Positions 22,557 to 36,305 of a stretch of 64,000 nucleotides of DNA are shown here, piece after piece. This DNA comes from Eledone cirrhosa. Its lineage: Eukaryota. The position numbers and the translations under genes are program-made. Below the pieces are notes generated by a model that had not been told where the DNA came from, did no database searches, and saw only the letters and a list, made by a program, of their open reading frames with translations. The first letter of the stretch is position 1. The number at the start of each line of letters is the position of its first letter. The DNA lies in the NCBI GenBank assembly GCA_964016885.1, contig OZ024741.1, positions 100,564,001 to 100,628,000 of the forward strand, written 5' to 3'.

Positions 22557-23554
22557 TCCTCTTATTGCTGCTTTAGCTATAAAATCAAGGTCTTTTTTTA
22601 TATAAGGCATGCATACTTCTTAAAATGATTGGCCCTTATTTCACTGCTAAGGCAACAATGTTTATTAGAATACATCCTTACACAGCTTAACATCCATATA
22701 TCTATATATATCTATTTATTTATCTGTCTATCTATCATCTGTTTGTCTCTCTATCTATCTATCTATCTATTTATCTGTCTGTCTGTCTATCTATCTATCT
22801 GTCTGCCTGCCTGCCTGCCTGCCTACCTATCTGTCTGTCTATATGCCTGTCTGTCTGTATGTCTATCTGTCTGCCTGCCTACCTATCTGTCTATCTGTCT
22901 GTCATGTATATGCACTCACACATGCGACCATATTTCATTGTTACATGAAACATTAAAAAAATATTAAACCAAAATTAGTGAAATTAAATTCATTATGAAA
23001 ACAAATTACTTCTCACCCCCTTTCCCACCTTTTGTTTCAGATTTTCTCTCAAAACTTTATTCATTTAATATTTTCGAAAAATTCTGTTTGATTCTTGTAG
23101 TTAACAACAACAACATCAATAATAATAATAGTAAAGAAAGTAGAGAAGTATATGTATGTGGGAAGGTGGTGGGGTTAAGGAAGAATTTCTGCCTTTAGGA
23201 GTAGATTTGTGGGTGTGTGTGTGTGTCTGTGTGTGTATGGGGTGGATGTGGTATGGGGTGGGGGGTCAACTTTAGAAAAGACTGAAATATTAAGTCTTCT
23301 CTCTAATGAAATTCCAATCTGTCCAATTCTTTCTTACTGCCTGATGTGTCTGTTGAAAAGGATTATTTTCCTGTCTGCTTCTTCTTATCAGCAAAGCAAA
23401 TGACATCTCATTGTCAAAGATATCTTGGTCATTTTATCATGGTTCCTAAAGGAATTCTTTCTTCCCCCAATAGTTTCTCTCTCTTTGTCTCTTTCTCTCT
23501 CTCTCTTTCTCTTTCTCTCTCTCTCTTTCTCTCTCTTTTTCTCTCTCTCACTCC

Positions 23555-23599
<45 letters not shown>

Positions 23600-23660
23600 C
23601 ACAACACACTTTTTCTTTCTCGTTCTCACTCTATCTTTCACTCCCCCTCTATATTTTTCC

Positions 23661-23697
<37 letters not shown>

Positions 23698-24041
23698 GTG
23701 ATAAACTTTGTAAAGTTTCCCAGTTGTTAAGTCTAACAAATATTGTTTTTACTCCCCCATTTTCTGTCCTTCTCGTCCAGTATACCACATCCCCTCATCA
23801 TCATCATCAACAACAACATTGTTGTTATTGTTGGGCTTCATGCCTAATTAACAAAATTATTTATTTATTCCCCATGCAGATTTATTTTCCTCCTTGAATC
23901 TACTAATCCCTCTGGGTTCTCAGACATGTATGTTTATATGCTTGGTGTATATCTTAGGTATCTATGTATCTGTTTGTATGGCTATATATATATATATACA
24001 CACACATAGATACACACACACACACACACATACACATACAT

Positions 24042-24082
<41 letters not shown>

Positions 24083-24939
24083 TACACATACATACACATA
24101 CATACATACATACACACACACATATATATATATATATATACACACATATCTATCTATATATATATATATATATATATAAATGTACAAATATAAATTTAGC
24201 GAGAATCGCATTTCGGCGGGTAGAAATTAGCGAACACAATTTCCGAATTGTGTTGACAAGCTCTCAATGGATATGAAGATACTAGAGCTATAAACATAAA
24301 TGTATAGTTCTGTTGTTCTGTGTTGTTTTTCATACTTTTACTTTCTTTATTTCCTCTGTTGTACAATAAGCAATGTAAAGGACATATAAAACAAGATATT
24401 CGTTATTGAAGTAGTTATTTAGAATGAGTGCATGCTCCTATCTTAGAGATTATATGCCATAGAGATGAACTTAATTACAACCCAACATTTCCATATAGCT
24501 GTAGACTAACTCTTAATATCCCGTAATGATTTAGCTGAAAATATCTAAAGCCAGGTTTCTTAATTTAAATCTTTATAGCATCTTCACTGGTGGATTTGCT
24601 ATAAACTAAATATTTAATGTGATGCAGTCATACTGCTGTTTTGTACTTTTCAAGAATGACTTGCTAATGAGGTTTCATGCAATACAGGGCTTTAAGAGTT
24701 AAAGAGATCTATGACATTACATTTGTTTGAGTACTGCGCAATTTTAGATAGATAATGTTTTTTTGATTGTTTATTTTCTTTTAGATAATCCTATCTTAGA
24801 AATCTTAGAACCACCACACCCACCCTATTGTCCTTATATTTCCAATATATTATTTATAAACATTGAAAATAATCATTATCTCAAATCCTTGTGATATTGA
24901 AGGCAAATGATTTACATGGCTTTTAGAGAAGTATACCAT

Positions 24940-25105
24940 AGGTACAGGAATGTCTACTATGGTTGTGTTGTTAAAACGTTTTCTTTACAGCCAAGTTCAA
25001 TCCCATTGAGTGGCAGCTGAGGCAAGTGTCTTCTACTGTAGCCTTCTGTTGGCCAATGCTGTATGAGTTGAATTTCATCGACAGAAACTATTCAGAAGCT
25101 CTCAT
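24940..25105 (+). mobile_element. tRNA-derived SINE, family D
   Basis: GTTCAATCCCA B-box, GGCAAGTGTCTTCTACT..GACAGAAACT..AGAAGC. Related copies near 25670(-), 35372, 46870(-), 48150, 60740(-). Confidence 0.65.
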
Positions 25106-26459
25106 ATATCTATATTACATGCACACAGACGTCTGCTTTCCATGCTAGCATATTTTGGGTGGTCATCTCAGTCCAAGATAGTTTTATTAGGAGTCTCGTA
25201 TTTCAATCATACGATCGGGGTCTTTTTTTTGGGGGGGGGGTGTCATGGTTTCTACAGCTGGATGCCCTTCATAAAAACACTTTACAGAGAGTACTGGGTG
25301 CATTTTTTTTATCATGGAACCAATTCTAAAGAGTGTATCAAGTTCTGAACATGACAAAAACAAAAGGGCCTTCTCTACTCTACATTGGCTCTATTCCATT
25401 GCCACTTACTTTAAGGAGTGTCCTGGGTGCACTTGCAAATGCTGTCCTGTTAGATATTGTATTCTACACCAAGACAAAGGAACCTTCTCTACCCTACATT
25501 GTCTTAACTTGATTGCCAATCACTTTAGAGAGTGTATTGGGTGCACTTGCAAATGATGTCTTCAGATATTTTTTATTCTACATTAAGTTGCAGACATTTG
25601 TCAGTATAACCATTAGCAATACAGGGATCCAGTGACTGGCCTATTGAAAACTAGTGACCCATAGCACTCTATCAAATTCCACTCCCAAGGTATTGGTCAA
25701 CCTGAGGCATTAGTAGAAGACACATGCCCAATGTGCTGCATTATGGGATCAAACTAGGAGCCCCTTGGTTTTAGATTAGTATTGTTGTTATTTGGCGTCA
25801 TGACAGGGTCTGGTTGTCTGTACTTATGATCAAAAGCAATAGAAATCCATTATCTAACATGTCCATTCCTTTCCCAAGGTAGTAGGGTCTGATCTGAGGT
25901 AGATTTGGCTGCTATTTCTTGCAACTTGAGTGACTGCATAGGGGCTTCCTTGTTTACTCATGTTTGTATGTGTGTGTGTTTGCATGTGGTGGTGGAAGTG
26001 GCTTCTGTCAGTTTCTGATTAACAGGAGCTGTCTGTAGTATGTGTGTGGGCATGTTTCAAATATTTGTGTGTATCTGTGTACATATCCAACAGTTTGTTT
26101 GAGTGTTTGTGAATGTGTGTATGTATGTGTATGTGTCTTGCGCATTTTATCCTAGTGTGTGTGTGTGTGTTTGAAGGCAAACAGTTATGAGTGATAATGG
26201 AATGGTTGGTTACATATGATTGACATGTTGTTATTTACACCTTACCTGTTATTTACAACTTACCTGTAATCACATCTCCCTCCTGTACTTTTTACCCACT
26301 GCCCTCTACTCCCCAGTGTGAATTATATTAATAAATTTCATATTCACTAAAGAGTAGATCCTGTCATTTGTAACACCCCTATCATTCTCTCTTCACCACC
26401 TCCACTACCATTTATCTCTACCACCTCCGATCTCGTCAGTACCATCTTCATCATGAGCC

Positions 26460-26665
26460 AACAAGGGAGCCTCTATGTGGTTGCTCGATCTGCTAGAAAT
26501 AGCAACCAAATCTCTCGAATCACAACACCTTGCCATCTTAGAAATACCTTGGATAAATGTCTTAGGCTCCTTGCACATAAAAGGAAAAAAATGGGATGGT
26601 CATCACAGGAGTGTTCTGGATCATTGGTTTGATCAGTCAAGATTGATCTGGGACTAAACAATAAC
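26460..26665 (-). mobile_element. Family C interspersed repeat, well-preserved copy
   Basis: GCCTCTATGTGGTTGCTCGATCTGCTAGAAATAGCAACCAAATCTCTC..GGATGGTCAT..GACTAAACAATAAC. Confidence 0.75.
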
Positions 26666-27181
26666 CTCTTTCACTCCAGCCACTCCACTACTACCATCCA
26701 CTACCTTCTTTTACTACCACCCACCACAGTACTACTACCTCTAGACACCGCTACAATCATCTCTCTCACTATCAAAACAACACACCACCGTACACCAGCC
26801 ACCTCCCACATCATGAGGGACTCACAACATTGTCACATGACCAGCTAGAGATAACAGTGAAATATCTTTCAAATGCCAGCCTACTTAAGAAAAACAAAAA
26901 ACGGAAGGACATTACTACAACAAGCTTTTAACTCCTTCCTCCTGCTTGCCTCATTAAAACATATTAGCCTTGCAGCCTCCATCATATGGGTCCTTTTTTG
27001 AAGCAATATTTTACAGCTGGATGGATGCCCTTCCTGGCATCAACCATTTTAATGATATTTATTCTAAATCAGATAGATACATAGGGTCCAAAAAAATACA
27101 CAGTGTCACATTGGATAATATAATGAGTCTTGGTTACACTGCCTTGATGGTTACAGGATGGTCATGGTGGGAATGCCTTGA

Positions 27182-27371
27182 CCCTTAAGCATTTAAACCA
27201 GCCAGAATTCTCTCACATCTTTCTGTTCAAACCGGCCACTCATACTGACATTAAGGTATTGTTCTCAAACTAAATAATGACATCATCAAAATCTCGTAGA
27301 TTCCATATTATGTGAGATAATTATGTAAGACTTTACCATGAAAATATAATAGTAATGTAAATGCTAAAGGG
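27182..27371. mobile_element. piggyBac-type MITE
   Basis: TTGA-CCCTTAAGCATTTA ... TAAATGCTAAAGGG-TTAA. Homologous to 56121-56299. Confidence 0.8.
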
Positions 27372-28643
27372 TTAAATTATAGATCTGTTCAGTCTTGACT
27401 GCTGACCAGTGGCTAAACAACTGCCCATTCTCACTATACCCACAACACTATTATCATCTACCTAACACCCTCATACTTACCATTTTGTTGTATCATTCCA
27501 TACACATCAATTACCACCACACCACCACCACTGCCAACACTCCTTCACATTAACACATTTAACCCACCCCACTCCCTGAGCCCCATATTATCCTTCTCAT
27601 CCCATTCTCCCATCTATTCCACTACCACCCCTCTCACCACCCTAATGTCACTTCTGTCACCACCACCCTCATAGTTACTATTAGATACCCTAAACCCCCT
27701 ACACACACCATTCTTGACACCCCCAAGAATTACAGGCATCCCTTTATCAGCTGAGTGCTGAAAGTTTACTATTTCTTACACCCTTCCACACTTCTTGGCC
27801 TTGTTAACACCCGAATATTGTCAACACTACTGCAGCATTCACCACACTATCACTGCCACCTCCACTACCACACATGCTATCACCACCACATTACTGCTAT
27901 CGTACATACTATCAGCACCACCCACCCTATGGTATTCCCACCATTACCATCACCTTATTTTTATATATATATGGTAGTACTTACTATACACTACAGTACT
28001 ACTACCACAACAGCACAACTACAGTATCATAATCACAACCACCTCACCACTGCTATCACTACAATCATTCAATGTTGGCAATGACAGTATACAGTGTGTC
28101 CCCTCTTCAAGATGTTAGTATGAAATGTGAGGGAGATTTTGCTGATATTTCTAGCAAATTAAATGACCACATAGAGAGGCCCCCTTGTTGATGTTGTTGA
28201 TGGTAGTGTTATTGTTGTTGTTGCCTTATTGACCAAACTTATCTAACATTGCAACCAATACCATCTTGTTTGTTTCTTTTCATCCAGACACCATCCAACA
28301 TGTCAGTGTGATATGAGGGGGATTTGGCTGCTATTTTGAACTGGTTGACCAACTACATAGGTCTCTCTCTCACTCTTTCTCGCTCTCTCTCCTGTTCTCC
28401 TGCTTGCACCTTCTCTCTAGTCCTGTCTTACCTCTCTCTCTCTCTTTTGCCCCCTCACTCTCTTCCCAGATCTCCCTCTCTCTCTTGCCCTTTCATTCTC
28501 TCCCCTCGCTCTCTCTCTCACCCAGTTCACATTGGTAATAATTATAGTAGAGGTGATATTGATGTTTAAAACAATGATGGCGTTATTGTTAATGTTGATG
28601 GTAATGATTCTGGTGAAAGAATGTGAAGTCATAATTTTATTAC

Positions 28644-30047
28644 TTGATCTGATGGAAGAGCTGCTGTTGACAATGATGGTGGTGGTGGTGGTGGTGATCT
28701 GATGGAAGAGCAGCTGTTGACAATGATGATGGTGGTGGTAGTGGTGGTGGTGGTAGTGGTGGTGGTGGTAGTGGTGGTGGTGATCTGATGGAAGAGCTGC
28801 TGTTGACAATGATGGTGATGATGGTGGTGGTGGTGGTGATCTGATGGAAGAGCTGCTGTTGATGATGGTGGTGGTGGTGGTGGTGGTGGTGGTGATCTGA
28901 TGGAAGAGCTGCTGTTGACAATGATGGTGATGATGGTGGTGGTGGTGATCTGATGGAAGAGCTGCTGTTGACAATGATGGTGGTGGTGGTGGTGATCTGA
29001 TGGAAGAGCTGCTGTTGACAATGATGGTGATGGTGGTGGTGATCTGATGGAAGAGCTGCTGTTGACAATGATGGTGGTGGTGGTGGTGGTGGTGATCTGA
29101 TGGAAGAGCTGCTGTTGACAATGATGGTGATGGTGGTCTGATGGAAGTGCTGCTGTTGACAATGATGGTGGTGGTAGTGGTGGTGGTGATCTGATGGAAG
29201 TGCTGCTGGTGATGGTGGTGGTGGTGGTGGTGGTGATGTGATGGAAGTGCTGCTGTTGATGGTGGTGGTGGTGGTGATCTGATGGAAGTGTTGATGGTGA
29301 TGGTGGTGGTGGTGGTGGTGATCTGATGGAAGTGCTGCTGTTGACGATGATGGTGATGGTGATCTGATGGAAGTGCTGCTGTTGACGATGATGGTGGTGG
29401 TCGTCGTGGTGATCTGATGGAAGAGCTGCTGTTGACAATGATGGTGATGGTGGTGGTGGTGGTGATGATGGAAGTGCTGTTGTTGACGATGATGGTGGTG
29501 GTGGTGGTTGTCGTGGTGATCTGATGGAAGTGCTGCTGTTGACAATGATGGTGGTGGTGGTGGTGATCTGATGGAAGTGCTGCTGTTGATGGTGATGGTG
29601 ATGGTGATGGTGGTGGTGGTGGTGATCTGATGGAAGTGCTGCTGTTGATGGTGGTGGTGGTGGTGATCTGATGGAAGTGCTGCTGTTGATGGTGATGGTG
29701 ATGGTGATGGTGATGGTGATGGTGGTGGTGGTGATCTGATGGAAGTGCTGCTGTTGATGGTGGTGGTGGTGGTGGTGGTGATCTGATGGAAGGGGCTGCT
29801 GTTGACAATGATGGTGGTGGTGGTGGTGGTCGTGATCTGATGGAAGTGCTGCTGTTGATGGTGGTGGTGGTCGTGATCTGATAGAAGTGCTGCTGTTGAC
29901 GATGATGGTGGTGGTGGTGGTGATCTGATGGAAGTGCTGCTGTTGATGGTGATGGGGTGGTCATGATCTGATGGAAGTGCTGCTGGTGATGGTGGTGGTC
30001 GTGGTGATCTGATGGAAGGGGCTGCTGTTGACGATGATGGTGATGGT
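28644..30047. repeat. Compound array: ~25-30-bp constant unit alternating with variable-length (GGT/GAT)n, roughly 30 units
   Basis: GATCTGATGGAAG(A/T)GCTGCTGTTGA(CAA)TGAT recurs, separated by GGT runs. Confidence 0.97.
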
Positions 30048-30471
30048 TGCGTTTGTGATGGATGTATGACAATCTGAATGGTGGTGGTGGTGGTGGTGGT
30101 GCTCATGCTGATGATGATAATCATAACAGTTGTATTTATTGTTGCGATAGTTGTGGTGGGTACATGGTGATATGGAGGGGCTACTGATGATGATAATGAT
30201 AGTGGTTGTTGTTGTTGTTGTGGCAATGGTGGTTGTGGTGTGTTATGAGGGTATAGATCTAGTTGTGGTGATGTTGAGGGGTGGGGTACAAGATTTAGTA
30301 ATGGTGATGTTGGTTATTGTTGTGGTGGATGTATAGCGATCCAGTCAGAGATATATCTACAGGAATTTCCCATCAGATAGTGTTCTTCCTTGCTAAACAT
30401 TCCAGGAGGTTCTTTCTATTCTTTCACTTCCGAATCTTTTGCAGACTCCTTTGTCTTTTATTGCAAGCATC

Positions 30472-30611
30472 ACACCACCACCACCACCATCACCATCACC
30501 ACTACCACCACCATCACCATCACCACTACCACCACCATCACCACTACCACCACCATCACCACTACCACCACCATCACCACTACCACCACCACCATCACCA
30601 CCACCACCACC
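30472..30611. repeat. (CAC/CAT/TAC)n trinucleotide tract
   Basis: Direct reading. Complementary to the upstream (GGT)n array. Confidence 0.95.
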
Positions 30612-30981
30612 CTATGTTACTACCTCCACACCCTCTGCCATACTTCACTTCGTTTATTGCCACCCTTTCCCCATCCAGTTGCTTTACACATCCACCCTTT
30701 AACACCTCGTATTTCTCAGCAACTTCTACATGCACACAAACACCCACACGAGTGTACACATTCGATTATATGCATGCAAAAATACACACACACATATATA
30801 TATACATGCATACACGACAGCACACATCTTAGAAACACAAGTGTCCTCACACACACACACAAACATACATATTTCCCTAATACATTCCTTCATACAAACC
30901 TAATACATTCCTTCATACATTCACAAAAAAACACAACAGAAACCTACACACACACGCACACATGTGATCCTACACACTCCA

Positions 30982-31042
<61 letters not shown>

Positions 31043-31176
31043 AACACACTTATCAGGAATTTGACTGTTTCAGTCTCGCAGTTTTGACTCTTTTATTAAA
31101 GCTTCCCCCCCCCCCGCCCCATTGTGCCCACCTCTCTTCTTGTTTTCTATTTTATCCTCTCACCTCCACCCACTCT

Positions 31177-31215
<39 letters not shown>

Positions 31216-31283
31216 GCACACATACATATGTATATATATATACACACACACACACATGTATGTGTTTATATATACATGTATAG

Positions 31284-31546
31284 ATCATCATCATCATCAT
31301 CATCATCAACGTTTAACGTCCGTGTTCCACGCTTGCATGGGTTTGGACGGGGGTAGTCCCACTTGAGGCAAGAGTGATTGTCTTGCTCGCATAGGACTGT
31401 CTGGCAGGTTTTCTACAGTTGGATGCCCTTCCTAACACCAACCACATTTACAGTGTGGGTCTGGGAGGTTTTTACCGTGTTGCCTACACGGCCACATTAC
31501 AGCGTGGACTGTGTGTTTTTTTGTCGTGACACCTACACGATCTCAT
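31284..31546 (-). mobile_element. Short near-identical copy of the RTE 3' end (truncated LINE or RTE-tail SINE)
   Basis: Reverse complement matches ~8408-8779 but with only one 113-bp unit. (CAT)n tail at 31284-31308. Confidence 0.93.
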
Positions 31547-32574
31547 ATGATGATGATGATGATGATTGTGCAGCCCTTTTCCTCTGCTCCCAACCCCATA
31601 TCACCAGCACCCACTAATCTTCAAATATTCTGTTTCTGCTTTTAAATGCCCTTATCTAAGCAACCTGCTACACAGCCCAAACCTCCCTTGATACAACCAC
31701 ATTACAACCAACAACAACAACAACTACTACTATGTTATCATGTAAGCCACCCTTAATACTACCACAACCTGGCCACCCATCACTACCACCTTATCTACTA
31801 TATTGCCCTACCTAACACCGCCACCACCACCCCACTTCATCCACTAACAACCCATGCCACCTCCTTTTTTTTCCAGCAATGTAAAATATCTGATTAATCT
31901 CTTAATCATTAATATTGCTTTAAAGACATATTTCCACCCTATCCCTTGACACCCAATATCTGTCTCCCCCCTCTCTCTCTCCTAGACTTTTTCAAATCAA
32001 TGAAATTTGTGGTGTGTGTATGTGTGTGTGTGGGTTTGTACATTTGAATGAGGCATTTTTTAATATGAATGTGTATATATTTATTCTATGTGCATGTATG
32101 TATATTCATGCATAAAATTTCATTATGTATACATACACACACACAGATGTGAATGTGGGTATGTGTGTGTGTGTGTGTGTGTTTGTGTTTGTATGGAAAT
32201 TCTCATATTTTCCTAATTTGTTCGTAAATTAAATATTAAAAAAAGAAAAAAGAACGTTAATTTAAAATTAGTTATCTTGTCCTAAATTTAGCAAATGTAG
32301 CAATAAAACATATGAATACATGTCATGCACGTGATCATGTCACATACAGACATGCACACAGCGTATTTATGTATGATGCATGTACATTACACAAATTGAG
32401 ATGTGCACAGTCGGCACATATTTCAATATACCCAGGCATACATGTTATATACCATTTCTCACACTACATACACATACAGAAGCATAGATAGTAGACACAC
32501 ACTGCAGTGTGTTTAGTGTCAAGTTAAGTCCTTTTAAGGCCCTATGCACTTAAAAGAATATGGTATCCTGGTCC

Positions 32575-32795
32575 AGTCCACACTGTAAAGTAGTCATGTA
32601 GGTGTCACGACCAAAAGCACCCAACACACTGTAAATGTGGTTGGCTTTAGGAAGGGCATCCAGCTGTAGAAACCAAGCCAAAATCAGCCCTGTGTGAACG
32701 AAACACGGTCCTCCGACCTGATCTCTCCCAAAGAGACAGCCCATCCTACCCATACTAGCATGGAAAATGGACATTAAACGTTGATGATGATGATG
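32575..32795 (+). mobile_element. RTE-tail SINE/3' fragment
   Basis: GTAGGTGTCACGAC..TAGGAAGGGCATCCAGCTGTAGAAA..CTAGCATGGAAAATGGACATTAAACG-(TGA)n. Further copies near 49145(+), 48985(-), 57548(-), 58820(+), 59410(-), 62075(+). Confidence 0.85.
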
Positions 32796-32952
32796 TTCTC
32801 CATATAAAGCTTGCAAAAATTATTTTGTAATGACAAATATACTGGTCACTGCTCTTTCTCCCCAGATTAAACACTTAACACGCACACATGTGTGTGTGTG
32901 TATCCAGTTTAAAATAAGTACACCATATCTCTGTGTGTTGTATTATAATTTT

Positions 32953-33068
32953 ATAATAATAATGAAATTATTGTGTACAATGCTCAGGTGCACTACAACT
33001 CATCAAAGCTGCATGTATAGTACATAGAATAATGTACAAATGTCAGGAAAATGAACAGTGTATGAGTC
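32953..33068 (-). mobile_element. Separate 3'-end fragment of a CR1-group LINE
   Basis: (AAT)n-GAAATTATTGTGTACAATGCTCAGGTGCACTACAACTC.. parallels 33085-33200 and closely matches 63448-63568. Confidence 0.85.
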
Positions 33069-33073
33069 GGGAT

Positions 33074-34394
33074 ATAATAACAATAATAATAATGAAATAT
33101 TGTGTACAGTGCCCAGGTGCACCACAACTCATCAAAATGTGCATGTACAGTACATAGGGCAATGCACAAACATCAGTAAAATGAACAGTGCACGAGTCAT
33201 GATACACATGTGTGCATGTGTATGGAAGGGGTACATCAGGTGTAGTTTTGGCGTATTTCAGGAAGCATGAGTGTCTTAAAGGATGCAGTGACTCGGCAGC
33301 TAACAACTGACGCAGGCAATTTGTTCCATGCTTCAGCAACTCTGAGCGTGAAAAAATGTCTACGAAAGTCATGGGAGCTGTGCTGTTTTCTGATTTTGTA
33401 GGCATGTCCACGTGTGTTAGACACATGGAGATCAAAAAGGTGCTCAGGGTTGCAATTGGCGAGATGGTTAATAACTTTGTGGGTATTCACCAAGTCCATT
33501 GCCAGACGTCGGAGCTTCAATGAATCCATGCCCAGAGAAGCAAGGCGTTCAGAGTATGGTAGGTGTCTGATGGAGGGTATGCGCTTGGTTGCACGTCTCT
33601 GAACAGTTTCCAGGAGGTCAATGTTCTGAGCAAGATAGGGGTTCCAGACTGATGATGTGAATTCCAAGTGTGGTCGTACCATAGCTGTATACAGTTTTAA
33701 ATAGATGGCTGGAGAGCGGCTAACAAAGGTCTTGCTGAGTGATGCCAAGACACCCTCGGCCTTCTTGACAATCTTAGAGACATGCTTTGTCCAACGCAAA
33801 TCGCTGCTGACAGTAATGCCCAGGTCACGTTCACAAGAGGACTTCTTGATATCAGTGTTGTGGAGGGAGTATGTGGATGCTAGATTTTTCCTTCCAAAAT
33901 GCATGGTGGTACACTTGTCCACAGCCAGCTTCAGTTGCCAGTCTGTGATCCATTGCTGCATTGTGTCCAGGTCTGATTGTAGGAAAGAGTTGTAAATTTC
34001 AGGATCAGTCCTTTTGATTTCAAGGTAAATTTCAGGATCAGTCCTTTTGATTTCAGCTTGATGTCATCTGCATATTTCAGTACCGTGGCATTCTGTAAGT
34101 TGGCATCTGTGTCATTAATATATGCCACAAACAAAAGGGGACCAAGAACAGATCCCTGTGGTACACCAGATGACATCTCATATGGTGAAGAATGCTGTCC
34201 TAGAACCGTGACTACTTCTTTTCGGCTGAGAATGAAGGATTTCAACCAGTCGAAAAGATCATCCCTCACACCCATTGCAGAGAGTTTTGCCATAAGTCTT
34301 TTGTGTGGCACAGAATTAAAAGCCTTAGCAAAGTCAAGGTAAACAACATCCACCCATGAGCCACTGTCAGTGATCCGGGTGATGTCCTCAAGGA
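33074..34394 (-). mobile_element. 5'-truncated CR1/L2-group LINE (RT to 3' end, (ATT)n tail)
   Basis: VDVVYLDFAKAFNSVPH, SGVPQGSVLGPLLFVAYIND, YADDIKL, ERDLGI, VRPHLEF..WNPY, VQRRATK, TRGHAYK, FFTLRVAEAWNKLP. Frameshift just after YADD. Confidence 0.95.
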
Positions 34395-34724
34395 TCTTTA
34401 AATTATATTTCAAACTTCAGTTTAATAATGAGAAATTTTTGATTATATTCAAAATTATTTCAAAACTATAGTCAGTGTTTCTTGTGAGAAATATGATAAT
34501 GAAAGGTTAAATTTAGTAACCATGCCACACTTAGTACTAAGATATATATTTGACTGCAGTTAAGTCACACCTTGTCATTGGCTACATATATATGTAGGGG
34601 AGGGGGTGCATGTATGTATCATCATCACCGTTCGTTTAAAGTCCATTTTCTACACTAGCATAGTTTAGCTTGAGTTGTTCTGTTGTGAGATAGGCCAGGT
34701 TAGGTGACCATGCTTTGCTCATAT

Positions 34725-34956
34725 ATATATATGGAGAAGAGAAGGCTGCAATGGTATCAATATATTGTGTGCATTGACAATGATCGTTGGGTGAAGAAGT
34801 GCCAGGGGAAGCAAGCTGCAGTAGAGGTAGACCAAGAAAGGCCCGGGCAGAGGTTTGCGAGAGCTGACCTTAAATCACTGAGACTCACAGAGGAGATGAC
34901 GAAGGACCAATCCAACCCATGCAAGTGTGGGAAAACGGACATAAAAAGGTTGATGA
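34725..34956 (+). mobile_element. Old RTE C-terminal/3' fragment
   Basis: EKRRLQWY..WVKKC..ADLKSLRLTEEMTKD resembles the RTE C-terminus, followed by CCAACCCATGCAAG tail. Similar remnant at ~44265-44355(-). Confidence 0.7.
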
Positions 34957-35516
34957 TATATATATGTGTGTGTATGTATATATATATATATATATATACA
35001 CGCACACACACACAAACACACACACACACACACACACACAAAAGTTGAACCCTTTAGTTTGAGGTGAACAGCTGATGAACTGATGTTTGTTAAACTGGAA
35101 ATAATCAAAAATGTCAAGTAGTTTGTTGTTCAGGAGAAGACTATAAGACAATGGAGAGGAAGTCTTTTGCTTGCAGTCGTGGTACTTTTAGATAATGTTG
35201 ACATTCAAAACACTAATCATAGCTGCACTTTTAACCTGCTTTTAATCAACTGGAAGTGATGCCCCCACCCCTCATCCCTGCTAGACTCTGTGTGTGTGTA
35301 ATCAGTAATGTCTGTTTGCATTGACATATGTTCATGTCCCTTTATATATGTAGGTGTGTTGTGTGTTTATGTATGTAAAGAGGTTTACTTTGGAATCACA
35401 TAGTATCTGTTTCAGTTCCACTGTGGTATATTGAGCACACATGCCTTCAGCTATAAACTCAAGTGTACCAGTGCTCTGTGAGTAAATTCGATAGACAGAA
35501 ACTTTAAGAAAGCCTG

Positions 35517-35576
<60 letters not shown>

Positions 35577-35644
35577 ATGTGCCAGTTACCATAAATGCCT
35601 TCATAACCACACTATTATCCTGCAGGTTGTATTGTCCTCTATAA

Positions 35645-35810
35645 ATAATTGTTTCTACTTTTGGCACAAGGCCAGCAATTACCCCAGTGCTTAACTGGTG
35701 CTTTATTTTATCAACCCTGTGAGGATGAAAGGCAAAGTTAACCTCGGCGAGATTTGAACTCAGAACATAAAGGGATATAACTCTACCGATACTGCCAATC
35801 CACCACCCTC
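35645..35810 (-). mobile_element. tRNA-derived SINE, family A
   Basis: Reverse complement of the 22368 family (TTGTTTCTACTTTTGGCACAAGGCCAGC..GATTTGAACTC..CTCTACCGATACTGCCAATCCACC). Confidence 0.85.
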
Positions 35811-36305
35811 TATAAATAATACAATTTACAGTGTAAAAATGCTAGGGGTATATAGCAGGCATGGGCAACCTTTTTCAAGCAGTGGGGTGCATAGGATGTG
35901 GCTCATCATAAGGTGAGTCACACTACTAAAAAGTTCAAGGCAATTTTGAAATTAGGTGTGCCATTCAGAAAACCTAATGAGCCGCTGTGATAGAAGCCAT
36001 AGTTTGACAATGACTGGTATATACCATACTTTAAAATATGGTAGGGCTTGGCACCAGGAATGTCAACCAGTCTTTAAAAATAAAATATTAAGAATAAAAA
36101 AAATCTTCTGGTCCATCCCATACCAGCATAGAAAAAGCAGACAAAAAAAAGAACAATGATGATTATGATGACATACACATATGTTTATATGTGTGTGTGT
36201 GTATAATGTGCTAATGGTTGTCCAATATATATGTGTTTGTGTGTGATGTGTGTGCGTGTTAACTTGTACATTTACAAAAAAATGTTTTTTCAGATCAATA
36301 TGCTA

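Noticed and set aside
28644-30047. CRISPR-like repeat-spacer appearance
   Set aside because: Spacers are only (GGT)n of varying length, there are no cas genes, and the context is eukaryotic.
28417-30226. Long minus-strand His/Thr/Pro ORFs (551, 528, 269 aa)
   Set aside because: They overlap in different frames of one CAC/CAT-based array that intrinsically lacks stops, with no unique domain or splice evidence.
35070-35105. CTGATGA...GAAA (also 11760 and 39390 on the minus strand) as further hammerheads
   Set aside because: No plausible stems I-III around the core words.
35855-36012. hAT-like terminus CAGGCATGGGCAACC
   Set aside because: Only one recognisable end and no TSD, so too degraded to call.
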